Assembly (NCBI GenBank): GCA_003022925.1
Contig: PXRY01000100.1
Location: 28,111 to 84,703 of the forward strand
Direction of reading: 5' to 3'
Length of the DNA: 56,593 nt
Origin: Halobacteriales archaeon QS_8_65_32
GTDB lineage: Archaea; Halobacteriota; Halobacteria; Halobacteriales; Halococcaceae
In this document: positions 28,879-38,578 of the stretch, piece after piece
Layout: each line of letters opens with the position of its first letter
How positions within the stretch are numbered: position 1 is the first letter of the stretch
Notes under the pieces: generated by a model
The model's input: only the letters and a program-made list of their open reading frames with translations
Databases searched by the model: none
Told to the model about the DNA's origin: nothing
Made by a program: the position numbers and the translations under genes

Positions 28879-29036
28879 GTCTTACGCGGTCCGGAATCTT
28901 TATTACGGTGCAGTCAGAGCATACGTTTGCGTAAGACGGTCGTCTTACACGAGGTCGATCCGGTTCGGATCGGTCCGCCGTATGGCGGGTTTGCTCGTGT
29001 AAGACGCGCGAGCACACGAGTGCGTCGCCGTCTTAC
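28879..29036. promoter_or_regulatory. cdrL-cdrS intergenic region with five GTCTTAC/GTAAGAC heptamers (candidate RHH operator)
   Basis: GTCTTAC occurs at 28879, 28942 and 29030; GTAAGAC at 28931 and 28999. This includes the perfect palindrome GTAAGAC-GGTC-GTCTTAC (28931-28948). A TTTATTA box lies at about 28899. Confidence 0.45.
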
Positions 29037-29056
29037 CGGAACGGGGATAGCCAATC

Positions 29057-29263
29057 ATGGAGCGTGTGACACTACGCATACCGAAGCAGCAGATCGAGAG
29101 CGTCGAGCGAATGGTCGAGACCGGGGAGTACCCCAACCGGAGCGAGGCGATCCGGTGTGCGGTTCGGGAGATGCTCGCCGAGCAGGACGACCGGCCGGAA
29201 CGACCCTCCGAGCGCCGTCAGAGCGAACGCGGACGGACAGACCGGAGTTGGGCGAGGGTCTAA
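29057..29263 (+). CDS. cdrS: Ribbon-helix-helix cell division regulator CdrS
   Basis: [40 protein letters not shown]. The stop TAA lies 1 nt before the ftsZ2 ATG. Confidence 0.85.
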   Translation: MERVTLRIPKQQIESVERMVETGEYPNRSEAIRCAVREMLAEQDDRPERPSERRQSERGRTDRSWARV

Positions 29264-29264
29264 T

Positions 29265-30455
29265 ATGCAGGACATCGTTCAGGAGGCGCTTGAAAACGCC
29301 GAACGCGAGGAACAGGCCCGGAACGAGGCCGATACCGACATCGACGAGTTCGGCGACCCGCGCATCGTCGTCGTCGGCTGTGGCGGCGCTGGTAACAACA
29401 CCGTCAATCGCCTGTATAACATGGGTATCGAGGGTGCAGAAACCGTCGCCGTGAACACCGACAAACAGCACCTCCAGATGATCGAGGCCGACTCGCGGGT
29501 GCTCGTCGGGAAATCCCTCACCGGCGGACTCGGCGCGGGCGGCGACCCCGAGATGGGCGAGCGCGCGACCGAGATGGCCCGGGGCACCGTCAAGGACGTC
29601 CTGAGCGACGCCGACCTCGTGTTCATCACTGCGGGCATGGGCGGCGGTACCGGGACCGGCGCAGCGCCCGTCGTTGCGAAGATCGCAAAGGAATCCGGTG
29701 CGATCGTCGTCGGGATGATCTCGACGCCCTTTACCGTCGAGCGTGCCCGGACGGTGCGCGCCGAAGAGGGTCTGGAGAACCTCCGCGGGGAGGCCGACTC
29801 GATCATCGTTCTCGACAATAACCGGCTACTCGATTACGTGCCGAACCTACCGATCGGCAAGGCCTTCTCAGTCATGGACCAGATCATCGCCGAAACCGTC
29901 AAGGGGATCGCCGAAACGATCACCCAGCCCTCGCTGATCAACCTCGATTACGCCGACATGACTGCCATCATGAACCAGGGCGGCGTTGCAGTCATGCTCG
30001 TCGGCGAGACCCAGGACAAGAACAAGACCGAGGAGGTCGTTCGCGACGCGATGAATCACCCCCTCTTGGACGTCGACTACCGCGGTGCCTCGGGGGGACT
30101 GGTCCACATCACTGGAGGACCCGACCTCACCCTCAAAGAGGCCGAAGGCGTCGCCCAGGACATCACCGAACGGCTCGAAGCGGACGCGAACGTCATCTGG
30201 GGCGCACGCATCCGCGAGGAGTACAAGGGCAAAGTTCGCGTGATGGCGATCATGACCGGCGTCCAGTCGGCCCAGATCCTCGGCCCCGGCGTCCAAGAAC
30301 AGGCCGAACAGTCCCGACAGGCCCTCCAATACGGCGAGGAGGGCTACGGCTTCGCCGACGCCAGCGGCCGGAGCGGCAACGCTCAAAGCGACGGCGGGCG
30401 TAACGAGGACATCACAAAGGACGAACGTAACCACGGTCTCGACGTCGTCCGCTGA
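29265..30455 (+). CDS. ftsZ2: Cell division protein FtsZ2
   Basis: [17 protein letters not shown], the tubulin signature GGGTGTG ([18 protein letters not shown]), and NLDYADM. ATG at 29265. Confidence 0.92.
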   Translation: MQDIVQEALENAEREEQARNEADTDIDEFGDPRIVVVGCGGAGNNTVNRLYNMGIEGAETVAVNTDKQHLQMIEADSRVLVGKSLTGGLGAGGDPEMGERATEMARGTVKDVLSDADLVFITAGMGGGTGTGAAPVVAKIAKESGAIVVGMISTPFTVERARTVRAEEGLENLRGEADSIIVLDNNRLLDYVPNLPIGKAFSVMDQIIAETVKGIAETITQPSLINLDYADMTAIMNQGGVAVMLVGETQDKNKTEEVVRDAMNHPLLDVDYRGASGGLVHITGGPDLTLKEAEGVAQDITERLEADANVIWGARIREEYKGKVRVMAIMTGVQSAQILGPGVQEQAEQSRQALQYGEEGYGFADASGRSGNAQSDGGRNEDITKDERNHGLDVVR

Positions 30456-30653
30456 ACGCGTTCGACGGGCGCGGTCCGTGATCCCGTGTCGCCCGCGACG
30501 GCTCCCGGCTGACGACGTATCGGCCCTCCACTACCAACTATTGAACTCCCGACCGCGGTCGCCCGTCGGGCGACGCGCCGGGAGAATTTTTGAAGGCATC
30601 GGACGATGGTAGCGATGACTGCGATTTCACTCACGTCCACATACGTCGGCTCG

Positions 30654-31706
30654 TTAGTCGGTTGTGTGGACGCTCTCGACGAGTTGGCACTTCCGACAGA
30701 CGTCCTGGGTCGTCGCCGCGCCACACCGCTCGCACTCCCGAAGCGCAGGGCCGCTGTCGCCGTCGCTGCTGTCGGTGCTTTCGACGCCCCCGTCGTCAAT
30801 GCCGTCGCCGTTGGCACCCATGCCATCGCCGCCGCTTCCGTCGTCCCGGTGCTCGCGGGCGGCGAGCGCGGCGAGTTCCTCGTAGCCGGCCATGATCGAG
30901 TGCCGAGTTCCGGGATGATTCTCTTCGAGTCCGAGCAGGAGGGCTTTGATCTCGCCGCGGTAGGCCTCGCTCGCGTGGGGACATTCGGCCATGTGTACCG
31001 GCAGGTCCCGGAGGTGAGCGTACAGCGCGACTTCCTTCTCGGGAACGTCGCGCAGCGGTTTCGCCCGGGGGACGAACGCCTCCGAGTCGCCTCGCTCGTC
31101 GAACCCGCCCAAGCTCGCGTCGAAGTGTTTCGCGACCTGGCGGACATCACCCCCGAAGAGGTTCATCAGCGCGGTCTGGGCCTCGTCGTCGAGATTGTGG
31201 CCGGTCAGCAGTTTGTCGGCGTCGTACTTTCTCGCACCTGCTTCGAGCAGGTTCCGGCGAAAGACCCCGCAGTACGCACACGGGGCCATTCCTTCGGGGT
31301 CCTCGCGGGCGACGTCGTCCATCTCCAGGTCGAACTCCTCGGCGTAGCTCAGCAATTCGTGGTCAAGCCCGAGCGAGTCGGCTAACTCGACCGAGGCATC
31401 GACGCTCGCGTCGCGATAGCCCTCGATGCCCTCGTGGATCGTGAGACACACTAACCGTATCCGGGGGTCCTCGGCGAAGGTCTCTTGGAGGACCTGAGTG
31501 AGGGCGACGCTGTCCTTGCCACCTGAGAGGCCGATCAGCCAGGTTTCGGGCTCGTCGGGAGAAGCGGCGGGACTGATCAGGCCGTCCGAGCGGACGCGGC
31601 GACGGACCCGTTTTTCGACCGAGCGACAGAGATGGGCCTCACAGAGGTGACTGCCCGAGTACGCCGCGTAGTGGACCGCCGGGCGAGAACACCGGTCGCA
31701 ATCCAT
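30654..31706 (-). CDS. ncsA: tRNA 2-thiolation PP-loop ATPase (NcsA/TtcA family)
   Basis: N-terminal CxxC..C zinc finger, PP-loop GLSGGKDS, and a C-terminal CERCG..CRKC. It neighbours ftsZ2, as I recall for Haloferax (not checked here). Confidence 0.85.
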   Translation of the reverse strand: MDCDRCSRPAVHYAAYSGSHLCEAHLCRSVEKRVRRRVRSDGLISPAASPDEPETWLIGLSGGKDSVALTQVLQETFAEDPRIRLVCLTIHEGIEGYRDASVDASVELADSLGLDHELLSYAEEFDLEMDDVAREDPEGMAPCAYCGVFRRNLLEAGARKYDADKLLTGHNLDDEAQTALMNLFGGDVRQVAKHFDASLGGFDERGDSEAFVPRAKPLRDVPEKEVALYAHLRDLPVHMAECPHASEAYRGEIKALLLGLEENHPGTRHSIMAGYEELAALAAREHRDDGSGGDGMGANGDGIDDGGVESTDSSDGDSGPALRECERCGAATTQDVCRKCQLVESVHTTD

Positions 31707-31745
31707 TGAGGGTCATTTCTGCCGAAGCGGGTTTGTGGGTTTCGA

Positions 31746-31864
31746 CTCGCACCTTTTTCCTGAGGTCCTCGCTCGCACGCCTTCGACGTGCTCGGCTGCA
31801 GGCTCGGCAAAAATCTGCAGCAAAGACCGTTCGTTCGCCGTCTCCGACGGCTCACTCACGGATG
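31746..31864 (-). repeat. Intergenic repeat family 2, copy c
   Basis: The minus strand reads CATCCGTGAGTGAGCC..GAACGAACGGTCTTTGCTGCAGATTTTTGCCGAG..CAGGAAAAAGGTGCGAG, directly upstream of ncsA. Confidence 0.55.
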
Positions 31865-31964
31865 ACGAATCTGGACCGCCCCGCAATACAGACGCAAATC
31901 ATCGGCAAGCCGTTCTCGAAAAACCGTGTTGACCTACGCATCTGCTCGTCAAACAACCGCAAGA

Positions 31965-32397
31965 GGCGGGACTGGAAGGGGCCGGGCGGTCACGGGCGCG
32001 AAGCGCCCGTGAGCTCGGGAGAGCTTCGCTCTCCCGTAGGTCGGCGAACCCCGGCGTTCACGAGAGCGAAGTGGTTCAAGAGAGCGGAACTCTCTTTTTA
32101 TGCCAAGAGATGCTTCGCGTCTCTCGTAGCACTCTCGTGAGCCAACAGGATCTCCCTGCGATCCTGTGACGACGCAAGCACGTGAGCGACTGAAAGGAGC
32201 GAACGCGCGCAGCGAGCCGCGGGTAGTCGTTCGAGAGAGCAAAGCTCTCTCGTGATGACGGGAGAACTCCGTTCTCCCGAACCACGCGGGACTCGAAGAG
32301 TCCCGCGGACCATGCGAACGGGCCTCCGGCCCGTGAGCAGAAGCCGAGCGGCCGGGGGCTTCCTAAACGGTCGCGGCAACTCTCTCGAAATAGCTCG
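31965..32397 (+). repeat. Mosaic hairpin element, copy 4 (longest)
   Basis: It starts GGCGGGACTGGAAGGGGCCGGGCGG. Hairpins are CACGGGCGCGAAGCGCCCGTG, GGGAGAGCTTCGCTCTCCC, GAGAGCGGAACTCTC, GAGATGCTTCGCGTCTC, CAGGATCTCCCTGCGATCCTG, GAGAGAGCAAAGCTCTCTC, GGGAGAACTCCGTTCTCCC, CGCGGGACTCGAAGAGTCCCGCG and GGGCCTCCGGCCC. It ends GCCGAGCGGCCGGGGGCTTCCTAAACGGTCGCGG. Confidence 0.9.
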
Positions 32398-32596
32398 ATC
32401 GAACACGACCCACTCAGCAGACAGAAGCGTTTTGTTCGTACCCGCGAAGATCGATGTAGTATGGAGACCCTTTTCCGCGGCGTCTGACGGGACTGGCCTC
32501 GCGTCCGACGCGGGTCATCGGCGTTCCGGCGGGTTTCGTCGGCTCGTTTTCCGGCTTTCGAGCGACCGCTCTCAACTACCCGACCCGCCATAACGA

Positions 32597-33901
32597 ATGC
32601 GAATACGACGACTTAGACGACTGCTCGCATCGATTACGGAGTACTACTCATCGCTCGAAGAGCTACGCGACCGCCGTCTCGCGGTGCTCGCGCTTGCGAA
32701 CCTGCTCGACATGGCATCGACGTCGATCGTCGTGCCCCTGTTGCCGATCTATGCCGAACGGTTGGGAGCTGGCCCGGTCTTTCTGGGTCTGCTCTTTACC
32801 CTGCCGACGGCGGTCAGCACCCTCTTGAGCACGCCGTTTGGCTACCTCGCCGACCGAACCTCGCGGAAACCCCCGATCGTCGCCGGCACGATCCTCGGGG
32901 GACTGTCGGTCGTCGGCGTCGGCTTCGCGGGCGACCCGACGACGCTGCTCCTCTTCAGGGGTATCGACGGCGCGGCGATGGCGATGCGTTCGGCCCCGAC
33001 GACCGCGTACCTCGGCGACATCGCCGGCGAGGACAACCGCGGGAGCGTCATGTCGGCGTATCACGCCGCCGGCATGGTCTCGATCGCTGGCGGCCCGGTG
33101 CTCGGCGGTTCGCTCGCGGCGGTCGGCTCGCTCGCAACGCCGTTTTTCGTCCTCGGCGGCGTCACCTTGATCGGCGGCGTCGTTCTCGTGGGCCTCCCCC
33201 GGAGCCCGCGGGACGAACCGACCGACGGCTCGCTCTTCGGCGAATCGTCACTCGGCGAGTCGGCACTGTCGGCGGTACGGTCGGCGATCGAAACTACCCG
33301 CGAGCGCGCTTCGCTCACGGTCGGCGCGCTCCTGGCGAGTGCCTTTCTCGCCCAGGTCGGGACGAGCGCATTGAGCCCGCTGTTCGCGCCGTTGCTCGAA
33401 GCGACCGTCGGCGGCGGGCCGGCGGTCGCGAGCCTCGCCTGGAGCGCGCTCGGCGTCGGCGTGCTCGTCTTCGTCCCCGTCGGCGGGACGCTCGCCGACC
33501 GCGCCGGCCGCAAGTCCACGCTGATCGCCGGGAAGTCGATCTGGTTCGCCGTCACAATCGGACTCGTTCTCGCGTGGACACCCCTCCTGCCGGTGGTACT
33601 GATGGCCGGTGGCGGGATCGCAAGCGCCTTTACCGGACCGGCCCAGACCGCGCTACGATACGAGTCCGCACCCGAGGGCGGCGAGGGGTCGCTGATCGGC
33701 CTGTACGGGACGGCGGCCTCGATCGGCGGGACGATCGGTCCGCTCTGTGGCGGGTTCGTCGCCGGCGCGATCGGCGCCCGAGGGGCAGTACTCGCGATCG
33801 GCGTGCTCTGGGCGGTCGACGCGCTCGTGATCGGCCTCGGCGTTCGGGATCGAACGACGACGAACCGGGTAACTGGCAGACCGGAACATGCCGAGAACTG
33901 A
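32597..33901 (+). CDS. MFS transporter
   Basis: 434 aa with about 12 TM segments and the MFS signature region GYLADRTSRKPPI. Confidence 0.85.
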   Translation: MRIRRLRRLLASITEYYSSLEELRDRRLAVLALANLLDMASTSIVVPLLPIYAERLGAGPVFLGLLFTLPTAVSTLLSTPFGYLADRTSRKPPIVAGTILGGLSVVGVGFAGDPTTLLLFRGIDGAAMAMRSAPTTAYLGDIAGEDNRGSVMSAYHAAGMVSIAGGPVLGGSLAAVGSLATPFFVLGGVTLIGGVVLVGLPRSPRDEPTDGSLFGESSLGESALSAVRSAIETTRERASLTVGALLASAFLAQVGTSALSPLFAPLLEATVGGGPAVASLAWSALGVGVLVFVPVGGTLADRAGRKSTLIAGKSIWFAVTIGLVLAWTPLLPVVLMAGGGIASAFTGPAQTALRYESAPEGGEGSLIGLYGTAASIGGTIGPLCGGFVAGAIGARGAVLAIGVLWAVDALVIGLGVRDRTTTNRVTGRPEHAEN

Positions 33902-33947
33902 GCGACAGTACGGTTACCGGTCGGCCAGCGACCGGCGACGATCGGGG

Positions 33948-35885
33948 TCACTCGGCTTCGACGGCGTCGTCGAAGCCCATCGGTTCGGGGCCTGCTCCCT
34001 CGCGGCCGAGCGCCCGGCCGAGGTACAGCGCGGAGTTGATCAGGCCGATGTGGCTAAAGGCCTGTGGGAAGTTCCCCAGGTGTGTGCCTGTCTCGGGGTC
34101 GATCTCCTCAGCGAGCAGGCCCAGGGGGTTCGCGTAGGAGATCAGGCTCTCGAAGAGGTCGTGGGCCTCTTCGATCCGCCCCGAGAGGGTCAGCGCGTCG
34201 ACGAGCCAGAACGAACAGAGCACGAACGCGCCTTCCTCGCCCTCCAGGCCGTCCTCGCCGTCGTACCGGTAGACCAGCCCGTCGTCGCTGGTCAGGCCCT
34301 CGATGGTGGCGTCGATCGTCCCCTGCACCCGCCGGTCGTCGAACGGCAAGAAGCCGACGATCGGGAGCAGTAGTCCAGCCGCATCGAGGTCGTCACCGTC
34401 GAGCGTCCGGGTGAAACTGCCCTGCTCGCCGATCGACTCGTCGAACCCGCGATCGAGTACCGTCTCCCTGATCTCCTCGCGACACGCACGCCAGTCGTCG
34501 AGCGGCGCATCGAGGTCGTTCGAGGCGGCCATCTCGATGCCACGGTCGAGGGCGGCCCAGCACATCACCTTCGAGAAGACGAACTGTTTCGGGTTACAAC
34601 GGACTTCCCAGATACCCTCGTCGGGTTCGTCCCACACCTCCCGGGCGTGCTCGATGATTTCCCGTAGCGCGGGCCACTCGCTTGCGTCGAGGTCAGCGCC
34701 ACCGTTCGTCGTCTCGTGGGCAGCGATTAGGAGTTCGCCGAAGACGTCGAGTTGGCGCTGCTCGCGGGCGGCGTTGCCGACTCGTACCGGAGTCGACCCG
34801 CAGTACCCCGAGAGGTGATCGAGCTCCCGCTCAGTCAGATCGGTCTCGCCGTGGAGGCCGTAGAGCGGCTGGAGGTCGGCCGGATCGGTGTGACAGAGCC
34901 CCTGGAACCACTCGAAGAAGGCCCGTGCCTCGGCGCGATGGCCCAGGTTCGAAAGCGCCTGGATCGTAAAGGCACCGTCGCGCAGCCAGCTGAAGCGGTA
35001 GTCCCAATTACGTTCGCCGCCGATCTCCTCGGGCAACGACGTGGTCGGCGCGGCGGCGATCGCGCCTGACCCGTCGTGGGCGAGCAACTTGAGCACTAAC
35101 CCCGAGCGGGTCGTCAGGTCGTGCCACTGACCGTCGAAGACACAGTCGTGATCGCCGCAGTCGTGCGCCCACTCGCGCCAGTACTCGACAGTGTCGTCGA
35201 GACGGCGCTCCGGGTCGACCGGACCGTCGCGGTTAGTGGATGCGTCGGCGTCGACGCCAACGTCGACTGACCCGGCGTCGGCCGCTTCGGTCTCGCGATA
35301 CTGGAGCACGAACCACGCCGTCTGGCCGGCCGAGAGCGTCGTTCTAGCGGTCGCTACCCCGTCGTCGACGGTCCACTCGACCGAGGCGGAAAGCGACAGC
35401 GCCTCGCCGTCCGCACGGGCGCGAAGGCTCCCGTCGGCCGTATCGATCGTGTCGACCGTCGTTTCCGCCCGAGCGAAGTCGAGCCGGGGGGCGAACTCGA
35501 CGCCGATCTCGACTGCCCCAGCGGTGGCTTCGGCCTTTCGGTAGATCGCCCGCCGATCGTCGCTGCCGCCGGTATCGGTGCTTCCGTCGTCAACCGGCAT
35601 GAAGTCGGTGAGTCGAAGGGTACCCGTATCGGTCTCGAAGGTCGTTTCGAGCACGTTCGTTCGGTCGGCGTACGCCTGGCTCGACTCGAAGGAGCCCGTA
35701 GGACGTATCGAAAACGAGCCGCCCCGGTCGGCGTCGAGGATGGCGGCGAATACCCCGGCGGATTCGAGATGGGGAGCCGGGAACCAGTCGATCGAGCCGT
35801 CCCGGCTCACGAGGGCACAGCTCACCCCGTCGCCGACGAGGCCGTACCCGGCGATCGGCGTGTATTCGTGCCCGCTCTCGCTCAT
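33948..35885 (-). CDS. Glycoside hydrolase family 15 (glucoamylase/trehalase-like), paralog 1
   Basis: ATG 35885: MSESGHEYTPIAGYGLVGDGVSCALVSRDGSIDWF.. with the (alpha/alpha)6 core motifs ..NWDYRFSWLRDGAF.. and ..GNFPQAFSHIGLINSA. Confidence 0.88.
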   Translation of the reverse strand: MSESGHEYTPIAGYGLVGDGVSCALVSRDGSIDWFPAPHLESAGVFAAILDADRGGSFSIRPTGSFESSQAYADRTNVLETTFETDTGTLRLTDFMPVDDGSTDTGGSDDRRAIYRKAEATAGAVEIGVEFAPRLDFARAETTVDTIDTADGSLRARADGEALSLSASVEWTVDDGVATARTTLSAGQTAWFVLQYRETEAADAGSVDVGVDADASTNRDGPVDPERRLDDTVEYWREWAHDCGDHDCVFDGQWHDLTTRSGLVLKLLAHDGSGAIAAAPTTSLPEEIGGERNWDYRFSWLRDGAFTIQALSNLGHRAEARAFFEWFQGLCHTDPADLQPLYGLHGETDLTERELDHLSGYCGSTPVRVGNAAREQRQLDVFGELLIAAHETTNGGADLDASEWPALREIIEHAREVWDEPDEGIWEVRCNPKQFVFSKVMCWAALDRGIEMAASNDLDAPLDDWRACREEIRETVLDRGFDESIGEQGSFTRTLDGDDLDAAGLLLPIVGFLPFDDRRVQGTIDATIEGLTSDDGLVYRYDGEDGLEGEEGAFVLCSFWLVDALTLSGRIEEAHDLFESLISYANPLGLLAEEIDPETGTHLGNFPQAFSHIGLINSALYLGRALGREGAGPEPMGFDDAVEAE

Positions 35886-36122
35886 CGATTCGCCCCGCTG
35901 AGGTCGGTCGGGACGGCCGAGGCGCTCGGGGCGACCGGGGCCCACGCCGGAAGTGGGTCGGAAGTCGTCATCGATCCACGGAGGGGCTGAACGGGCGAAA
36001 AGCCTCCGGCGGTCGTGTGCCGTCGGTGCCGACGCGTCGGCGGCGATAGACGGTATGGGCAACGGACGGTGCGAGCGCGACGAATCGGCGTCGGACGTCG
36101 CGGCGAGTCGGCACCGGAGAAC

Positions 36123-38108
36123 TCAATCGGAGCGGCCCGACTCGCCGTCGGGGTCGCTCCCGTCGGTACCGATCGGCTCGACGGCGTAGTCGGTGTCCAC
36201 GCTGGGACCCGCGGGCTGTTCCACGTACCCGGATTCGAGCTGTGCCTCGCGGGCTTCGCTCAACAACAGCGCCGAGTTGATCAGGCCGATGTGGCTGAAT
36301 GCCTGCGGGAAGTTGCCCCGGCCTTCGCCGGTCTCGGGGTCGACCTCCTCCGCGAGCAACCCCAACGGACTCGCGAACGACACGACCGAGTCGAACAGTT
36401 CGGTCGCTTCCTCGATGCGGCCCGAGAGGGCGAGCGCGTCGACGAGCCAGAACGAACAGAGCACGAAGGGGTTGTCCTCGCCAGCGACGCCGTCAGGAGC
36501 GTCGTAGCGATAGACCAGCCCGTCGTCGGTCGCGAGCCGCGAGCGAACCGCGTCGATCGTCCCCTGGATCCGCCGGTCGTCGACGGACAAGAAGCCGACG
36601 ACCGGCAACAACAAGGCGGTGGCGTCGACCGCGGTGTCGGTCTCAAAGGTTCGGGTGAAACTGCCGTGGTCGCCGATCGCCGGATTGAACCCCGCTTCGA
36701 GCACCGTTTCCTTGATCTCCGCGCGGGTCTCGCGCCAAGCCCGTGTCGGGGCGTCGAAGCCCTGCTCGCGAGCCATTTCGATGCCACGGTCGAGGGCGGC
36801 CCAGCACATCACCTTCGAGAAGACGAACTGTCGCGGCTCGCTGCGGACCTCCCAGATGCTGCTTCCCGGCAGGTTCCAGACCTCGCGGGCGCGCTCGATC
36901 ACCCGGCGGACCGTTGCCCACGTTTCGGCTGAGAGGCCCTCGCCGCGCCGGGAGGTCTCGTAGACCGCGAGGACGAGTTCGCCGTAGACGTCGAGTTGGC
37001 GCTGGTCGCGGGCGGCGTTGCCGATCCTAACAGGGGCCGACCCGCGATAGCCCTCGAACCCGTCGAGGATCTCCTCGCCGACATCGGTTTCGCCGCGTAG
37101 GCCGTATAACGGGCGGTAGAGCGGCTGGTCCAAGCTCTCCGGATCGCCTTCAGCCAGGCCGAGACACCAGTCGAAGTAGCGTCTCGCTGCGTCGGTGTTG
37201 CCGAGGCGGTAGAGCGCCTGGACCGAAAAGGCGGCGTCGCGTAGCCAACTGAAGCGGTAATCCCAGTTGCGCACCCCGCCGATCTCCTCGGGTAGCGAGG
37301 TCGTCGGCGCGGCGGCGATCGCGCCGGTCCCGTAGTGGGTGAGCAGCTTGAGCACCAACCCCGAGCGCACTACGAGGTCGTACCGGGGACTGTCGAAAAC
37401 ACACTGGGAGGGGTGGGTACACCGACGCGCCCACGCGCGCCAGTAGCGGATCGTCCCCGCCAGGGCGGCCTCGTGCTCGGCGGGCGAGAGCGGATCGTGC
37501 GCGCCGTACTGGAGGGAAACGACCAGGTTCTCGCCCGCCGAAAGCGTGTGGGCCGCGTGCGCGGTATGATCCCGGGTCCAGCGGTCGCCGCCGTCGCCAT
37601 CGTCACCGTCGTCGATCGAGAAATCGAGCGGTGCCGACGCCGACAGGAAGAGGCGCTCGCCGTCCGCGCGGGCGACGACGCCGGCAGAAGTCGGTTCGAT
37701 CCCCGTCGCCGCCCGAGCGTAGTCGAACCGAGGGGCGAAGTCGACGGCGATGCCGACCGCGCCTTTCGTGCACTCGACCCGTCGGTAGATCGCTCGTGTC
37801 GGGAGTTCGGGCGTCCGTTCGTTATCCGTGACGGGCATGAAGTCCGTGAGCGTTATCCGGCCGGTCGGCGTCTCGAATTCGGTCTCTAAGACGTTCGTGC
37901 GGGAAACGTACGACTGCTCGCTCGCGTACTCGCCGGCCGGCCGAAGGGCGAAGTGTCCCCCGCGGTCGGTATCGAGGATCGCCGCGAAGACGCTCGGGGA
38001 GGCCAACTCCGGTACCGGAAACCAGTCGATCGAGCCGTCGCTGCCGACGAGCGAACACGTCTCTACGTTCCCGAGGAGGCCGTACTCCGCGAGCGGCGTA
38101 TATTCCAT
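36123..38108 (-). CDS. Glycoside hydrolase family 15, paralog 2
   Basis: ATG 38108: MEYTPLAEYGLLGNVETCSLVGSDGSIDWF.. with NWDYRFSWLRDAAF and GNFPQAFSHIGLINSA. Tandem with paralog 1. Confidence 0.88.
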   Translation of the reverse strand: MEYTPLAEYGLLGNVETCSLVGSDGSIDWFPVPELASPSVFAAILDTDRGGHFALRPAGEYASEQSYVSRTNVLETEFETPTGRITLTDFMPVTDNERTPELPTRAIYRRVECTKGAVGIAVDFAPRFDYARAATGIEPTSAGVVARADGERLFLSASAPLDFSIDDGDDGDGGDRWTRDHTAHAAHTLSAGENLVVSLQYGAHDPLSPAEHEAALAGTIRYWRAWARRCTHPSQCVFDSPRYDLVVRSGLVLKLLTHYGTGAIAAAPTTSLPEEIGGVRNWDYRFSWLRDAAFSVQALYRLGNTDAARRYFDWCLGLAEGDPESLDQPLYRPLYGLRGETDVGEEILDGFEGYRGSAPVRIGNAARDQRQLDVYGELVLAVYETSRRGEGLSAETWATVRRVIERAREVWNLPGSSIWEVRSEPRQFVFSKVMCWAALDRGIEMAREQGFDAPTRAWRETRAEIKETVLEAGFNPAIGDHGSFTRTFETDTAVDATALLLPVVGFLSVDDRRIQGTIDAVRSRLATDDGLVYRYDAPDGVAGEDNPFVLCSFWLVDALALSGRIEEATELFDSVVSFASPLGLLAEEVDPETGEGRGNFPQAFSHIGLINSALLLSEAREAQLESGYVEQPAGPSVDTDYAVEPIGTDGSDPDGESGRSD

Positions 38109-38354
38109 CTGGAGGGCTTCAGTAATAATGCGTACCTTCACTACATAAGGTTGTTGGCCGGTGTGAAAGTGGCACGTACGCCTAACCGTCAGTAGCCGGC
38201 GACTACCGGCGGTCGTATCGGCTGGGATCCGACGAGTATGAGTCCAGCGGTCAACGATTCGGTGTAACGGTCGTGTCGAGTGGCGGGGGCGCGACAAGGC
38301 AGAGCGAGCGGCAGCGGTACTAATCGGCCGGTGAGCGTTGCCACAGGCTGTACC

Positions 38355-38510
38355 GGGTGGGACTGGAAGCTCCCGGACGGTCGGCGAAGGCGGACGACGC
38401 GAGCACCGTAGGTGAGCGACGAAAGGGAACGAACCGAGGAGCGCAGCGAGGCCTCCGAGTTGATTCGTCCGGGGGCTTCCGAAACGATCCCAGCAGCTCG
38501 TTTCCCGAAG
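38355..38510 (+). repeat. Mosaic hairpin element, copy 5 (minimal: termini only)
   Basis: GGGTGGGACTGGAAGCTCCCGG...GTGAGCGACGAAAGGGAACGAACCGAGGAGCGCAGCGAGGCC..CCGGGGGCTTCCGAAACGATCCC. There are no internal hairpin cassettes. Confidence 0.7.
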
Positions 38511-38578
38511 ATTACGAACCGAGCACTACCCGGCCGACAGCGGAAACGGTTTTGCGCGCCGGGCGAGAAGGGGAAGCG

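Noticed and set aside
32076-32591. ORFs lying inside mosaic elements (for example 63-380, 5719-6327, 22236-22667, 32076-32591, 51331-51780, 53835-54204)
   Set aside because: All are Arg/Ser/Pro-rich, differ in frame and strand between copies, and exist only because the palindromic GC-rich DNA lacks stop codons.
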